64,000 nt of DNA, taken from NCBI GenBank assembly GCA_009103225.1, contig RHPI01001715.1, positions 196,606 through 260,605 on the forward strand. The letters are read 5' to 3'. Shown here piece after piece: positions 13,898-27,000 of the stretch. A program made the translations under genes and the position numbers. Below the pieces are notes generated by a model, which saw only the letters and a program-made list of their open reading frames with translations, had not been told where the DNA came from and did not search any database. Each line of letters opens with the position of its first letter. Within the stretch, counting starts at the first letter, position 1. The DNA is from Chlorokybus atmophyticus. Its lineage: Eukaryota; Plantae; Mesostigma and Chlorokybus algae.

Positions 13898-14234
13898 TCA
13901 ATGCATCATGGCTCACTTGATCATATTCTCCAGTAGCGAAAGAGACCTGAAGCCAACCTAGACATGTGGGTTGGCGCTACTGCCATCTTGGAAACAGCAA
14001 CCAGGACCTCGGCATGCTTTGTTGCATGTGCGTGTGTCTGCAACTCTGCTTACGGGTAACGAACTCTGGACAAGCTCAAAGACAGCACCAACGTGCCCGT
14101 TTCACTCAATACACAATGAACTCACATTTCCCGCAGCAAACTCAGCAACATAGTCAGCTCTACACCAAAGGCGTAACCAGCACACGGCACGTGTGCTGGA
14201 GTCAATTAAGCTAAGCTCAAAATCCCAATGATGT

Positions 14235-16557
14235 TTACTTGAACACCTTGGCCTCAATGTGCACCTTGCCGTCGATCTTGTCTTCCTGAACCCACATATC
14301 TGCAGAGCAGCACAACATGCCATCAGAATGCACAAAAGTGACTCTTCAATGACAATGTATGTGATATACCACTACACGTAACAATACAGATTTGCCACCA
14401 CCGACATGCCTGCCTGCAGGCATACCTTCTAGCCGTGCCTTCTGAGCAGGGTCATTGATATCAATGCGCTTCCACTCATACAGCTCCGTATCGTAGACCT
14501 CGTCCTTCAGTGCCTGCGGGATGTCCGACCCACGGAACAGCCACGCGCCGGTGATCTCAAAGGGACCTTCACCGAGGATGCACATCACACCAAATGCGTG
14601 CTTGCGAATCAAATCGCAGCGCTGGAGGAAGCCGCTGACCTGCAACAGGTTATAGGTGGTCAAGCAATGGCATGAACTAACCTGTGGTCTCACATTCCAT
14701 GTACTGGCAGTTAGAAGTACCTTGTTCATGGTCACATAGTTGACAGTGTTCTCGTCGTTGTACTTGTACTCGGAGAAAAACAGGCAGTAGCCCTCAGGGT
14801 CATACATGTTCCAGAAGCCGCCAATGGCAACCTCCCTGAAAGTCTTTGCGGGCGTGTTCGAGTAGAGGCGCTTCCACTCATCCATAACCATTTTGCTGGG
14901 CGGCAAGAGGTCCAGCGGGTTCTTGGCCTTGGGCTTGGGCGCGGGCTCATCCTCCTCATCGTTGCCAGCTGGCGTCGCAGGGGCAGGTGCTGGGGACGCA
15001 GCAGCTGGTTTCTCCTGCTAGACAGGAGAGTTAACATTGAAAGCCACTAGCAAATGTCTAAGAACCAACATATGTCAGCTTGCTGTTGCGCTTACCTGCG
15101 CGGGCTTCTCCTTCTCCTTCTCCTTCTCCTTCTTTGGTGCAGAGTGTGTGGCAGCCTTCTCGCAAAGTGTAACATCCCCGAGCACAGCGCTAAGATTCGG
15201 TTGGTGCACCAGTGTCATGAACCACCGGACCAGGTGCGGGTACTCATCGCGGAAGCTTTGCTCAAACACAGTTGTGAAGCCTGCTAGCAGATCTACCGTT
15301 GCGAGAATGTCTGCGAGGGTAACACGGTCGCCTGCCAGGTAGGTTGAGCCCTTGAGATGAGCATCAAAGGCAGCCAGACCCTTCTTCACATCGGCAATAG
15401 CTGCGGTCTCAGTCTGCACAGTGAACTGTCAGACGAGACAGCAGGGACACTGCATTTCATGCATGCCAGCAAGCTAAAACATGCACCAGAACAGCATTGC
15501 ATACCTGCTTGTTGTAGGCACCATGGCCTGTGACAGGACCAACCCACCGATCCAGGGCTGCCGTGACCTCTTGCGCAAGCTCCAGCCATTGGTCAACATT
15601 GTGCTGCACAAGTTATCGGAGGGTTAGCACTTGGAGTATTGTAAGTATGACTGACTGACTGAAGCTAGAATACACGGATTGAGGCCTGTGGGGTGCACAG
15701 TGAGGCGCTGCATGCGATGGCACCAGTCACTTGCAATGGATGACATGCGTACAACTGCCCGCGTTGCAGCGCGTGCATGAAGGCATGCAGCAGCTCAGAC
15801 GACTGACAAGCCCTGGCCTGAATGAAATGGGACAATGCCTGCCATTACCATGTCCTTGTCTGGGCCGAGCAAAGAGTCCTTGGCGCCGGACCGGGCAACT
15901 GCAAATGACGAAAGGAATCACGTCATTGCGATGTCGAGTACAATCCAATGATATCCTAGTTTGAATGCGCGTTTATGGCGTACTGCACACTGCTTCTACC
16001 CTCTCAGCTGCACACAGCCATGGCAAATGGCAGGAGATGATGCACTACGACAGGCAGGCACTATGTGTGGTGACCGTTATTGGCCTTGGCATTTGAGCAT
16101 CGGCACAGGATGGAGTGCGCTGGCGGTGTCCACGCAGTGCAATGGTGCTGGTGGAAGCATATGCGAGAGGGGCAAGTGGTAGCCACTTACTGTAGCGAGC
16201 AATGGCATCCTCGCCGAAAACGCTGCCAGAGTCCAGCTTCAGGGAGGGTTTGCCAGCGGGGGCATCCCCAGCGTCGGTAGAGGTCTTCAGCTGAACACCG
16301 GCATAACGAGCAGCTATCTGCGCCTTCTGAGCAGCCCTGCTGCCTTCCGGCGCATACAGAGTCTGCATGCACAACACACATCACATACAAGCGCCTCGTC
16401 AACAAGCCCAAACCACCAGCATGCACAGCATTGAAACGCGCAAACACGCTAGCATGGCCACAGCAGCATGCTGCAGCTCTACGACCGCCGCACAACCCCA
16501 CAATCAGCAAGCTTGTAGCAACCGCATCAACAGCCCCCAACGCACCGCAGGAGCCAT
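14235..16557 (-). CDS. EEF1G: Translation elongation factor 1B gamma (GST-like N-terminus plus EF1G C-domain)
   Basis: The mini-exon MAPA at 16557 splices to TLYAPEGSRAAQKAQIAARY. The GST-C region reads AAFDAHLKGSTYLAGDRVTLADI and the EF1G domain MDEWKRLYSN...FWNMYDPEGY...GFLQRCD. The last exon DMWVQEDKIDGKVHIEAKVFK ends at TAA 14235-14237. Confidence 0.95.
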
Positions 16558-17645
16558 GGCGAAGCACCAGCACAATGGTGGCGCCAACGACACAGCGGCG
16601 GCGGCTGCGGCAGAGAGAGCTGTCCTCAGTGCCAGCCGGAAACCCTAATGACAGAGCGATCCGGTTCCGGCAGACTTCGCGCAGGAAACTGGGATCTCCA
16701 GAACAGGATTGGTTGGTACAGCAATTTGCCACTGGCAACTTCCCCAGGCAGTTCCACTGCAGGCGTGCGTCCACAGCGCTGGCGGCGTTGGCGGCGGCGG
16801 AGTGTTGGCACGGGGATCCTGCATGCGCTCAGGTGTGTGCTGGTGCAGTTGGGAGCGTGTTATGGGAGCTTTCTTATTCACAGTCTGTTTGGCTCGTCAC
16901 GTGCTGCTGTCGAGTGTTTGCATGTTCGACACAGAGCTGCGACTAGCTGTTAGAGAAGCGTAGTACGAGTGGGAAGGACTTGTGAGTAGCTTGCTCTACG
17001 CTGCTTGTTGTGGTTCGTGAGGACGTGGTTGTTGACATACAGCAGGACGGAGTGGTGCACAGGCGATTGCAGTCACACACAGAAGTTGTGCACCGCTTAT
17101 CAACAAAGGTCGCTTCTACAACAGGCATGCTCCTAGCACCAATTTAATTAATCACTCGAAGCCGCATGTCATCAGTCTGTGCCATGATTGTGCTGCTTAC
17201 AGTCAAAAGTCTTGGTTGTGCAGCCTGTTCGTCTGCCTCATGGCTGCGGATGAAACTCCTGCCTTGGGTGGCAGAGCAAATAATGGTCTCACCACTAATG
17301 TGCACTTTTGGCCATACACTGTTGGTTAACTGCCGCACCCCTCATCTAGGTGATCTTAGCGCGAAGAACTCTTGTGGAAGGCAGCTGGTTGGCACTCGCC
17401 ATGACAATGGCTCTGCACGGCTGGTCTTGGCGTTGACGCACTCTGCTGGATAACACAGTTCGCTCCCCGCAGGACTCCATGTACTTAAGCTTATAACAGT
17501 CAGAGTCGTGCTTGAGTTGAGGTTGTACTGAGTCCTGCCATAGTCTTTGCGAGTTGGAGGCGTTTCTCAACTTCTGTAACGATCGGCTTCAGCTAGGTGA
17601 AGCTGGAGGTAGCGAACCTCGTGTCGTGGTTCCCTGCTACTCGCA

Positions 17646-18637
17646 ATGGTGCAGCCTGCCAAACAACAAAGCGCTCATGCAGAAGCCAATGTTTGGTACT
17701 TGGCGTATGGCAGCAACATGAATCCAAAAACGCTCAGCTTGCAGCGCGGTGTGTACCCAGCGGAGTCTTTTCCCTGTCGAGTCCCGGGCTATGTTATCAA
17801 CTACCACCTGCTCGGGTTGCCCTACCTGGAGCCTGCCTTTGCTTCCGTTGAGGACGCATCCCACCCGCACTCGCCTGTCGACTGCCCTGAACTGCATGGG
17901 GTGGCCATGCGCATAACGCCACACGAACTTGATCTTATCCGGCAGGTATGCACTGTTGATGTTGCACTTGTACTGGACTCTCTGTCACGGACACTGCATC
18001 TCAAGTGCAACATCATTGAGCCTTATGTGTGTTGTCATTGCAGTCAGAAGCTGGGCAGGGCTACGATGACATGGGTTACCAGGAAAGAGCGGTGGAAGTG
18101 GTCGGGTATGACGGTCGGAAAGTCAAGGCCATCACATTGGTGGTTGTGTGTGACTCTGAGGTAAGACAACTCAGCAGAAAGGTCAAAACAGTCAGGTTGG
18201 TTTGCCCTGCGTTATGTGAGGTACTATGACACATGCAGATCCGCCCTGGAACCCACCCTAGCCAACGGTACGTGAGGCTGTTGGCGGAAGGTGCGAAGCA
18301 CCATGGGCTCCAGCAGGACTATGTCAAGTTTCTGGGACAACAAGAGTACTTTGAGGCAACCAGTACGCGGCAGCGGATAGGCCAAAGGATATGGTTGTGT
18401 ATGCTGCTCACGGTATTTTTCCCATTCGTTATGCCGTACTTCGTATCAAGACGGTTTAAAGTGCGCTTGCCGAGGTTTCTGGTGGTGAACTTGGAGTTTG
18501 GCCGGCGCCTGCAGTGGTTGGTGCATGACTACTTCTTTAGCCATCTCTTTGGTTCTGGTGCACGCGGCGACATGCCGGTAGCAGAGTCAGCAAGACTGTT
18601 GAGAGCCACTTCCAGCAATGGCATGAAAGCCGGATAA
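17646..18637 (+). CDS. Gamma-glutamylcyclotransferase-like protein (GliK-type) with C-terminal hydrophobic segment
   Basis: The GGCT signature VWYLAYGSNMNP, plus LHGVAMRIT, SEAGQGY and PSQRYVRLLAEGAKHHGL, lies over three exons. A hydrophobic IWLCMLLTVFFPFVMPYF segment follows. Confidence 0.8.
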
Positions 18638-19906
18638 TGCGATGTTCGACAAGCTGTCATTCCCCTTGTGCAGTTCAGACGGTGGTGCAGAACTGTGTTG
18701 CAATTCGGTACCTTGCTGTAGTACATCATTCAGCCTTGAACTTGATGGTGCAGATTTCTGCATGCGAATCATGTCCCTCCATGATGTATTCCCCGTTATC
18801 ACGAACGGTGAAATGTTCAAGAAGACATTTTCAAGGTAAAAGTGACGCAGAGCCATGGATGTTGGGTATCAAGTTGCTTGCAACCATGCGTAGCGTGGCT
18901 ATTGGTTGTGGTTGGCAAGTGCTCTGCATCATGGGAGACACAGCTGCACCAAACATTGTGTTCTTGGCTGGGTAAGAACATGCGTCCATTCTTGGTGTAA
19001 CTTGGTAATGTGAGCAGAATAGAGCATCGTGAAGACGTTAAAATGTTCATGAGAACACACTTGTAGAGTGCATGTGGACTCCATTGTCATCATGCGTTGC
19101 AATAATATACAACATGATATCCTGACGATTTAAAACAATGTTGGACGGCACTATGTGGTGCTCATTGTTGCTGCTTCTTATCGTTTAGCAAAAAAAAACA
19201 TGGATATATGCTTCGGAGCTTGCTATACGCAGCTCTATGTTACATCTGAAGATAAATTGCAATTAAAAGTACATACCGTTATGCTAGTGTAATGCTTTTA
19301 TTTGCATTGCAGCGTTAATAGGTGACAAAGCGTAACGCAATCAAGAATCATATGGTTGCACTACAAGCTGCATACTTGTTAAATAGCTATCATATGGGTA
19401 GTGCGTATAAGTAGCATATCAAGTTATTGTTCTCAAATTACGACATTAAGTGTTTAAGTTTGCTATTACTGATATGGCATACAGACAGCTTGATAATCCG
19501 TATGCATATCATACAAGCCAATCCCATTGTTAAGTATTATTACATAAATATGTTTTTATATAAGTGCAGAGTGATTGTAAATGTACGTGACATGTGATTG
19601 ATACATTATGCATTGTATGTCGCTAAAGAAATACAATTCTATTTTCATCAACTTGGAATGCTTGACAACTCCATGGTGCATAGGCTTTCCAACAATTGCA
19701 ACACAATGTAAGGCACCAGCAAGCACACCAGCCAGCACACCAACAGGCACACCAGCAAGGACTGCATTACCAGGGCAAGGGCAAGGCTATGTGCACTAGC
19801 TACGTGCGTATGCTGGTGGTGGTGGGCGGAGAGGTGGGGCGGGGCAGTAGCAGCACAGCAGGTGTAAGGCAAGGCAAGGCAAGGCAGACCTGAGCAACAG
19901 CGGGGC

Positions 19907-19965
19907 TGGTGTCAGCGTAGTTGTAGAAGCGACCAGCAGGTAGCAGCAGCAGCAGCAGGCAAGGG
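19907..19965 (+). repeat. 59-bp dispersed repeat, copy 2 (intergenic)
   Basis: Identical to 10257-10315 and embedded in a GC-rich, simple-repeat-like stretch at about 19.7-20.2 kb. Confidence 0.85.
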
Positions 19966-21204
19966 AGGTAAGGCGAGGGGGTGAGCGGGATGCTGTGTTG
20001 TGCTGTGCGTGAGGGGCGCAGCAGGCCGGGCGGCTAGGTTATGGCGTGCTGGTCTTTACAGCCGCTTGTTGTAACACCCGCCGCCAGCAGGAGCAGTAGC
20101 GATACAATGGCTGGCCCAACGGACACTTTGCTGAGTCAGATGAGACACAGGCATTCTGAGCGACAGCACTTGACATATCACGTTAGTGCACTGTCAGCTC
20201 AGCAGTCAGTCAATTAGCACAGCAGTCAGCATAGCAGGCAGTTAATCACTTAGCAAGTAGTCAATGGCAACAATTGCAAGCACTCACAAGCTGACGTCAA
20301 ATGCGTGCATTTGTAGCGTTACGCAGTGTGTAAACATGTGCGATGCGCAATTATACAACCAAAAAATGAACCAGGTTTGAACTAGCATCATGGTACTGCT
20401 AATGTGGTACTGTTTAACAAACAATGTTTGCTCCTGTACTAATTGGCGTTCAAACCAGCAGCTGTTTCATGATGTCTTACAACGCGAGCCTGCATCTCCG
20501 CTATGGCAGCCTACCCAACCCGCATCTCCCACCCGCTACGAGAGAGGTTTGCGCCATGAACGCTCATGTACGCCATGTGCTGAGCTTAAGCCTCTGAGGC
20601 CGTTGACATTACCGTAGAGACACGTACATACAACCTACACTCACTGTTGCGAATTTTTTTCATTCCTCATTTTGATAAAATGATCATAAAAATCAAGATT
20701 GCTGTCAACAAAGCCTGTAATCACATTGGGATTACAAACGAAGGCAAGTGATAGTTATTGTAAAGACACATACATTACAGCCCACACTCATTTTTTCGAG
20801 TTATTTATCATTTTAACCTTGCTACTGCTCATAAAGTTAATATGTTGCTTTGTTACTACTGTTGTTAAAGCCTGTAATACTATATCAAGATTACAACCCA
20901 AGGCAACTGATAATTATTTCTGGTTTGTAATGTACGTGTCTCCACGGTATACATGTACTTCAACCCTGCACTGTCAGTGCAGGGTTGAAGAACATTAAAA
21001 CTGTAAAAACGGCATGGTGACTGCAGGCTGCGTTCCATTGATGGGTAGTCATCGCGGGATCACGCTCCAGCCAATGGCAGAGCAGACCAAAGCAGTGCCA
21101 TGCACAACACGCATGCCGCTACTCCGAGCTGAAGTTGTTGGTGTTGTCGTTGGCGAGGGGAACGAGTACATTGTCGTGGGGAGAGGGGTTTGCAGCTGAA
21201 CAGC

Positions 21205-23110
21205 ATGGCGACCGCTGCTGCTGCCACCGTAGCAGTGTGCTCATCTTCCTCGGCTTCTTCTTCGAGGCATGGAGTGGTGCGGAGCAGCAGAAGAGAGCAG
21301 CCTAGCAGGGCTGCGCTGCTGCCACTGAGGCGGACAGTTGCACTTCCAGGAGCAGCTAGGGTTTCTGCCTCTTCCGGCTCGCGCCGAGCGACCGTGTGCA
21401 TGGCCCAAGCCGCCCCCACACAATGTGAGCGCTTGCCTGCAGTCTGACATTGCATGCGGGACAGTAACTGCACAGTGGACAATAATGCAAGCAAGTTCCT
21501 AGTGTAGAAGTTGCCTGAAGGCACTTGTCAGTATTTGCAAGTCGGTGGGTTACAGCTCGTGTCGATGAATGTAGCTGTTGTACTGCTCTTTGTCTTTCTG
21601 TGTCCGAAAATGTCTGGCAAACTCCAAGCTGATAACCCGCGGTTGTTGTGCAGCCGTGAAGTGGTTCACAATATGGGAGTCACTCAGGGACAAGAAGGTA
21701 AGAGGTTTCGACACGCGCCGCAGGGTTCAAGCGACCGTATAAGTTGATGTAATGGCACAATCAATGCATAACACCGATGTATGGCTGTATAAACGCATGC
21801 ATGCTTTGCCAAACTAATAAAGTGCGTGTGTTTGTCGTACAGCTGCGCTCAGTTGGCCTTCAAGAGTCGAGGGACATGCTTGAGAACCACGGCTACAAGA
21901 TCTTGGATGTACGCCCTGCCAGCGACTTCCAAGAGGTGACGAACAGCTGCTGCCATGCACATGCACATCCGCATCATAATTGGCTGCAGATGAAGTGTTG
22001 TGTCCTGTCATTGCTTTTAGCTTCAGAGAAAGTACTACCGGCTTTTGGGGACCGTTCTGTGGTTTCTCCATGTCTGCTGTTGCTTTGTTCACGCAGCTAC
22101 AGCTCACCATTCCGCCATAGACTATTTTTCTGCACTGCCATTGCATGAACTGTAGATGAAGCTTGAGGAAGCGCGCCGGGGGGGGGGGGGGGGGNNNNNN
22201 NNNNNNNNNNNNNNNNNNNNNNNNNNNNNNNNNNNNNNNNNNNNNNNNNNNNNNNNNNNNNNNNNNNNNNNNNNNNNNNNNNNNNNNNNNNNNNNNNNNN
22301 NNNNNNNNNNNNNNNNNNNNNNNNNNNNNNNNNNNNNNNNNNNNNNNNNNNNNNNNNNNNNNNNNNNNNNNNNNNNNNNNNNNNNNNNNNNNNNNNNNNN
22401 NNGGGGGGGGGGGGGGGGAGGAGGGGGTGCTTGTGTAAGAGTGTGAAAGCAGCATGTGCTGCCAGAACTGAAAGCATGGACATCGTCTCCCACTCGCATG
22501 CATTGGATTGTGCGAAATCTAATGGTGCTGAGTGTGCTGCTGGTGTTGCTGTCTTAACAGGGGCATGCAGAGGGTGCAATTGGCGTTGAGCTCTTCAGGT
22601 ACATCAACAGCTGGAACCTCCGCAAGGTGTTGTTCACGCTGCAAGGGGTGGCTGGAACGGAGTCTAACCCCAACTTCACCCAAGGCAAGGCAGCCATGTG
22701 CACACACGCCAAATACTGTAGTACTATGTCTGGCACTGACTGCATTTGTTTACTCATGCAGAGGTGTTGGAGAAGGTTGGCAGCAAAGACACTCCCATTC
22801 TTGTCATGTGCTCTACTGGCGGCACGCTTCGGCCATCTTATGACTGGCCATATGGCAAGCATTCCAGGCAAGTGTTGTTTGTCATCCTCGCTAAGTAACC
22901 AACCTACTATGCATATGAAATTATCTACTGAACTGTGCCCCGCTTGCAAATCACATTAGTACAGCCACACATGTGTAAGCCAACATGCTGGCATGCTTCA
23001 GGTCACTTACAGCTGCCTACCGCCTGTTGGAGGACGGCTTCACCAACGTTGTGCACTTTGGTGCCGGTTTCTATGAGTACGCTAATGCGGGTGGCCCCAT
23101 GGAAGAGTAG
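21205..23110 (+). CDS. STR14: Chloroplast rhodanese-like domain protein (STR14-like)
   Basis: An S/A/R-rich transit peptide is followed by YKILDVRPASDFQE|GHAEGAIGVELFRYINSWNLRKVLFTLQGVAGTESNPNF, ILVMCSTGGTLRP and RSLTAAYRLLEDGFTNVVHF. TAG at 23108-23110. Two introns need GC donors (22685, 22868). Confidence 0.8.
22195..22402. other. Assembly gap (N run) flanked by poly-G, inside a rhodanese intron
   Basis: 208 N characters between G homopolymers. Confidence 0.99.
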
Positions 23111-23624
23111 GAGGACAGCTCTGTGCTCATGCTGTTGATGAGTGTCTATAGTGGTAGGTGCGTACCATTTATTTGTGCATATGTTTTCAGCCGGCAAGGC
23201 TCTGTCAAGTCTGGGATGTGTACATGTGGCGTCTCTGTGTGTGCCTCCATGTGTGCATGCATGAGTGCGTGTACTGAGTAGGCAGCTACGCATGCTAGCA
23301 TATCATGTGTACGCGCACAACATCGTATGGGCGCGTGTGGGCTCTTTGGCACTCGTGGATGTGTGTACAACTTGCTTGCCTATAAGTCCACTGCATGTTG
23401 CAACCTGATGCATTTTGTCGCGCATCATGTCACCTGCAGATCAGCACTTATTGCGAAGAAGTGTGCGCTTGTTGAAAATTCGCTTGGGTTTGGCTGCTGA
23501 CTGTGTAGTTAGTCGTCCATGATAATAGAGGATGAGTTAGTAAATCAGTTATCATAATATGCGGTCGATGAGAGTGATGTTGTGCTAAGGACTATGCACT
23601 CTGTTGTGCCCATAGTACTACTTG

Positions 23625-23775
23625 TTACTACTACTACTAGTAATACTTTTGACGACTACTACTACTACTACTTTCGATGATGACGATGATGGTGACTGCT
23701 GCTGCTGCTGCTGCTGCTGCTCCTCCTCCTCCTCCTACCACTACCACTACCACCATCACCACCTTCTACTACTGT
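23625..23775. repeat. Compound trinucleotide microsatellite (TAC/GAT/GCT/CCT/CAC)
   Basis: Consecutive short trinucleotide runs are visible directly. Confidence 0.8.
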
Positions 23776-24085
23776 GCATGTTGCAGCTCTTATACTGTAT
23801 CTTCTGATAACAATGCGCATCATTGTGTCCCGCATGCTCAGGTCGCGTGTTGAAGAGTACACAAGGTGGAAAGCAGATTTGATGCGCACATACCACACCT
23901 TGGTGAGCATTCAGTGCATTAGTGGCGTTGCAGACAGTGCACAACGCAGAACTACATGCACTGATGACATGCTGTCATACCCTATACACACACACTTATC
24001 CAAAGCACGCCGGATGCCTCCCAACACTTTAATCATAACAAGTCAGTACGACCCCTGAAGCCTCGACTCTCTGTGTCTGTTCCCC

Positions 24086-27000
24086 TCACTGGATAAGAGT
24101 GAGTGTGACATCAGTGGCTGTGGCGGGCAGCAGGAGCTCCCCGTCATTGCTTTGCGCATACTCAGCGCCTGCGGCGGAGGCCTTGACTTTGAGGCTGTGC
24201 GGGAGGCGGAGGGCGTACCCACCGCTTGGGGGGTTGGAGCAGTGGAGCTTGAGCGCAATGACGCTGCTGTTGTCCGCAGCCGGTTCGAACGTGCACGAGC
24301 ACACGCTAAAGTGGGTGAAAAAGTTGTGGAGCCTCATGGTCTGCTTGAACCACTCAGGAGGGGCTCCCGCGAAGAGGACGAGCCTATCGCCGTCCTCGTG
24401 CATGAGCGAGTCCCGGAGGAGGTGCCATAACTCAGCCATCGACCAGCCGTGTGGCATCGCTGACTTGGGTCGCCATGCGGTGCGAAGCTTGTTTGATGCC
24501 CACAACCCAACCCCACTGTCCAGCCCCTCATCCAGCACGTAGAACCCCTGCATGTTGTATGTGGCGAGGTATGCGTTCACTGTGCCGAAACCCGCGTCGC
24601 GGTTGCCGGCAAGAAGGCCTTGATGCGCCCTCGCAAGAGGGAAGTATAGCCAGTCTCCCGGCGCCTGAGCTCCCACGCCAACAAACTGATCGTATGCAGA
24701 AGAACCTCGCATCGGGTAAAGTTGTGTTGGCCACAATACGCTGTACGAACCATACCCTGGAGAAGGACAAGAGCTCATCAAAGTCAAGATATTGCCAATT
24801 ACTACTCATTGTACAAAGAGAGATGCTGATGGCATACCATGCCCAAGGTCTTTCTCGAACTTTTCCTTGTACTCTTGGAACAGCTTAAATGCCAGGTCTG
24901 TGGCCTCAGTGGCGCCAATGGAGTCGTCAATGGCTGTTGCCATAAATGCCGCCGCACGCAAACCCACAATATCAAACGCTTCTGTGTACTCTGGCTGGTA
25001 CCTGCACAGGAAAGGTGATGTTTAGTAGCAGTGAGTATGCGAGTCAAACCGCACCGTGCAACATGTTTGCCATATGACATAATCATTTCTTATGCGTGTA
25101 CACATACCCGTCGCAGGCGCCAGGTTTGAGTTCCTTGCGCACAGCTTCTGGCACCGCATCGCCGAACCCGTTTGAATCCATGTTGACCCAGTGCGGACCT
25201 GGACACATTGAACCATTGGTGAGTGCGGAGCAAATCCATGTGGGCCAAGGGCCTTGTACACAGGTTATGACGCTGTAAGTCAGAAGATGATGCTAACCTG
25301 GTGTAGTGCGGTAGTACTTGATCATGGCCACTAGCCTTTGCACTTGGGGGTAAACCTGTTGTTGTAAGGGAGAACCATAATGAGTATTACAAGTTGTCAT
25401 CAAGCCGTTTAGGACATGACTTGCTGTGAACAGCATGCACAGGCAGAATATTAATCAGATAGATACGGACCTGTTGTAGCCAGTGGCGCTGCTGAGTGTG
25501 AAGCCAATGCTGGCCAGCAATCCACAGAACCTGCCCGGGGTTGTCGGCCTCGGGCGTGTCGCGGCCATTGAAGGGCTTTTCAAGAAACCTGCGCACGATG
25601 GTACTGGAGGCGTCGTGGCGGCCGAGGCGCAGCATTGTGAGGGCACTGTACACGCCGTCACGCGTGAACGGGTTGTAGTTGAACAGCGCCACGTCTTGCG
25701 ACCCATTATTCGTCGCCAGTGACAAGTGCAGCGGCGCAGCCATGTACGCTTCCACCCACCTGCAATTATACGCGCACCCGTACAATCAGGGCCAGTGACC
25801 TTGCTTATGTACCAAGCATAGACTGCTTTTCGGGCAGTCAGTGCAAGTGACTCAGCTTGATGCTAGAAACTTTTGGGTCGCTCAACGACAAACATGGCTC
25901 GTTGTCAGATATTGAATTAGATGCTGCCGAACTCATACCAAACCGTAGGAGTTTTCTCAATGTATGCGTATTACGTTAAGTCGATGACTAACTTGCATCT
26001 CACCTATAGTCGGGCACTTCAGCCCATGAGCTGCCTTTTTGAATGCGGCACTCTTTGGCAGCCTGTCTCCCAACCTGCTGCGAGTTCAGCCCAAGCGTGT
26101 CATGAGCCACACCCTCCTTGAGTGTTGTGGCGTTACCATTCACCAACACCTCCCACCCCTGCTCACCTGCTCTGGAGCGAGGTTTGTCTTGAACCAGTCC
26201 GCGCCCGGATCTGGCTGGCGCGGGCACCCGAGCTCGTCTGCCACACGTGTCTCCTCATCCGTAAACGGATGCACAGGAGCGATGTCCGTCCACCTGTGGG
26301 GCGAGTCAGGGAGGCAAGATGCTGTGTCATAAAGGTTGTTTCCATGGTGTGATCTCGTGTTGTTGTGTTGTGGCACAACATGTGTTGTGCCACAACACGA
26401 GTCAGGGAGGCAAGATGCTGTGTTATAAAGGTTGTTTCCATGGTGTGATCTCGAGTTGTTGTGTTGTGGCACAACATGTGTTGTGCCACAACACATATGC
26501 ACACACACTCACCCGTTCCACTTGTGTCCACACGTGCGCCGGCCCGCAAGAACAGGAAACAGGAATTGGAAAGCAGCGGAGCCACCTGAGAGGTGATACA
26601 ACATGTTTGCCCACAAATAGTAGTCACACATAACCATTGGTCACACTATGTCAGTCGCTCTTTACCTGGAGGTACTTTTGCGTCAAAGCGCATTGCAGCA
26701 GAGCAGTTGCCCATTTCACTCCGGGCCTTGCGGGCGTCTGCAGGTGGACCGGGCAGCGCGACGGGGAGCTCCCCCGTCAACACGAATGCTCCGATGTCAT
26801 CGGTGGCAGAAACCCCCGCTGCGCTCGCCACACGCTGTGCAACGACAGCCGTCTGGCCTGCGTGCGTGTGTGCGTTTGTACGCATGCTTGTGCGTATCTG
26901 TGTACATGTGTATATGTTACCAGACTGAAAGCAGTAGTTGTACCTGAGACAAGAATAGTGTCGCCCGAGGGCGGGATGTCCACATCAAACACCTAAGTAA

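Noticed and set aside
22178-22420. Long G tract or G-quadruplex element
   Set aside because: The interior is an N gap, so length and sequence are unknown.
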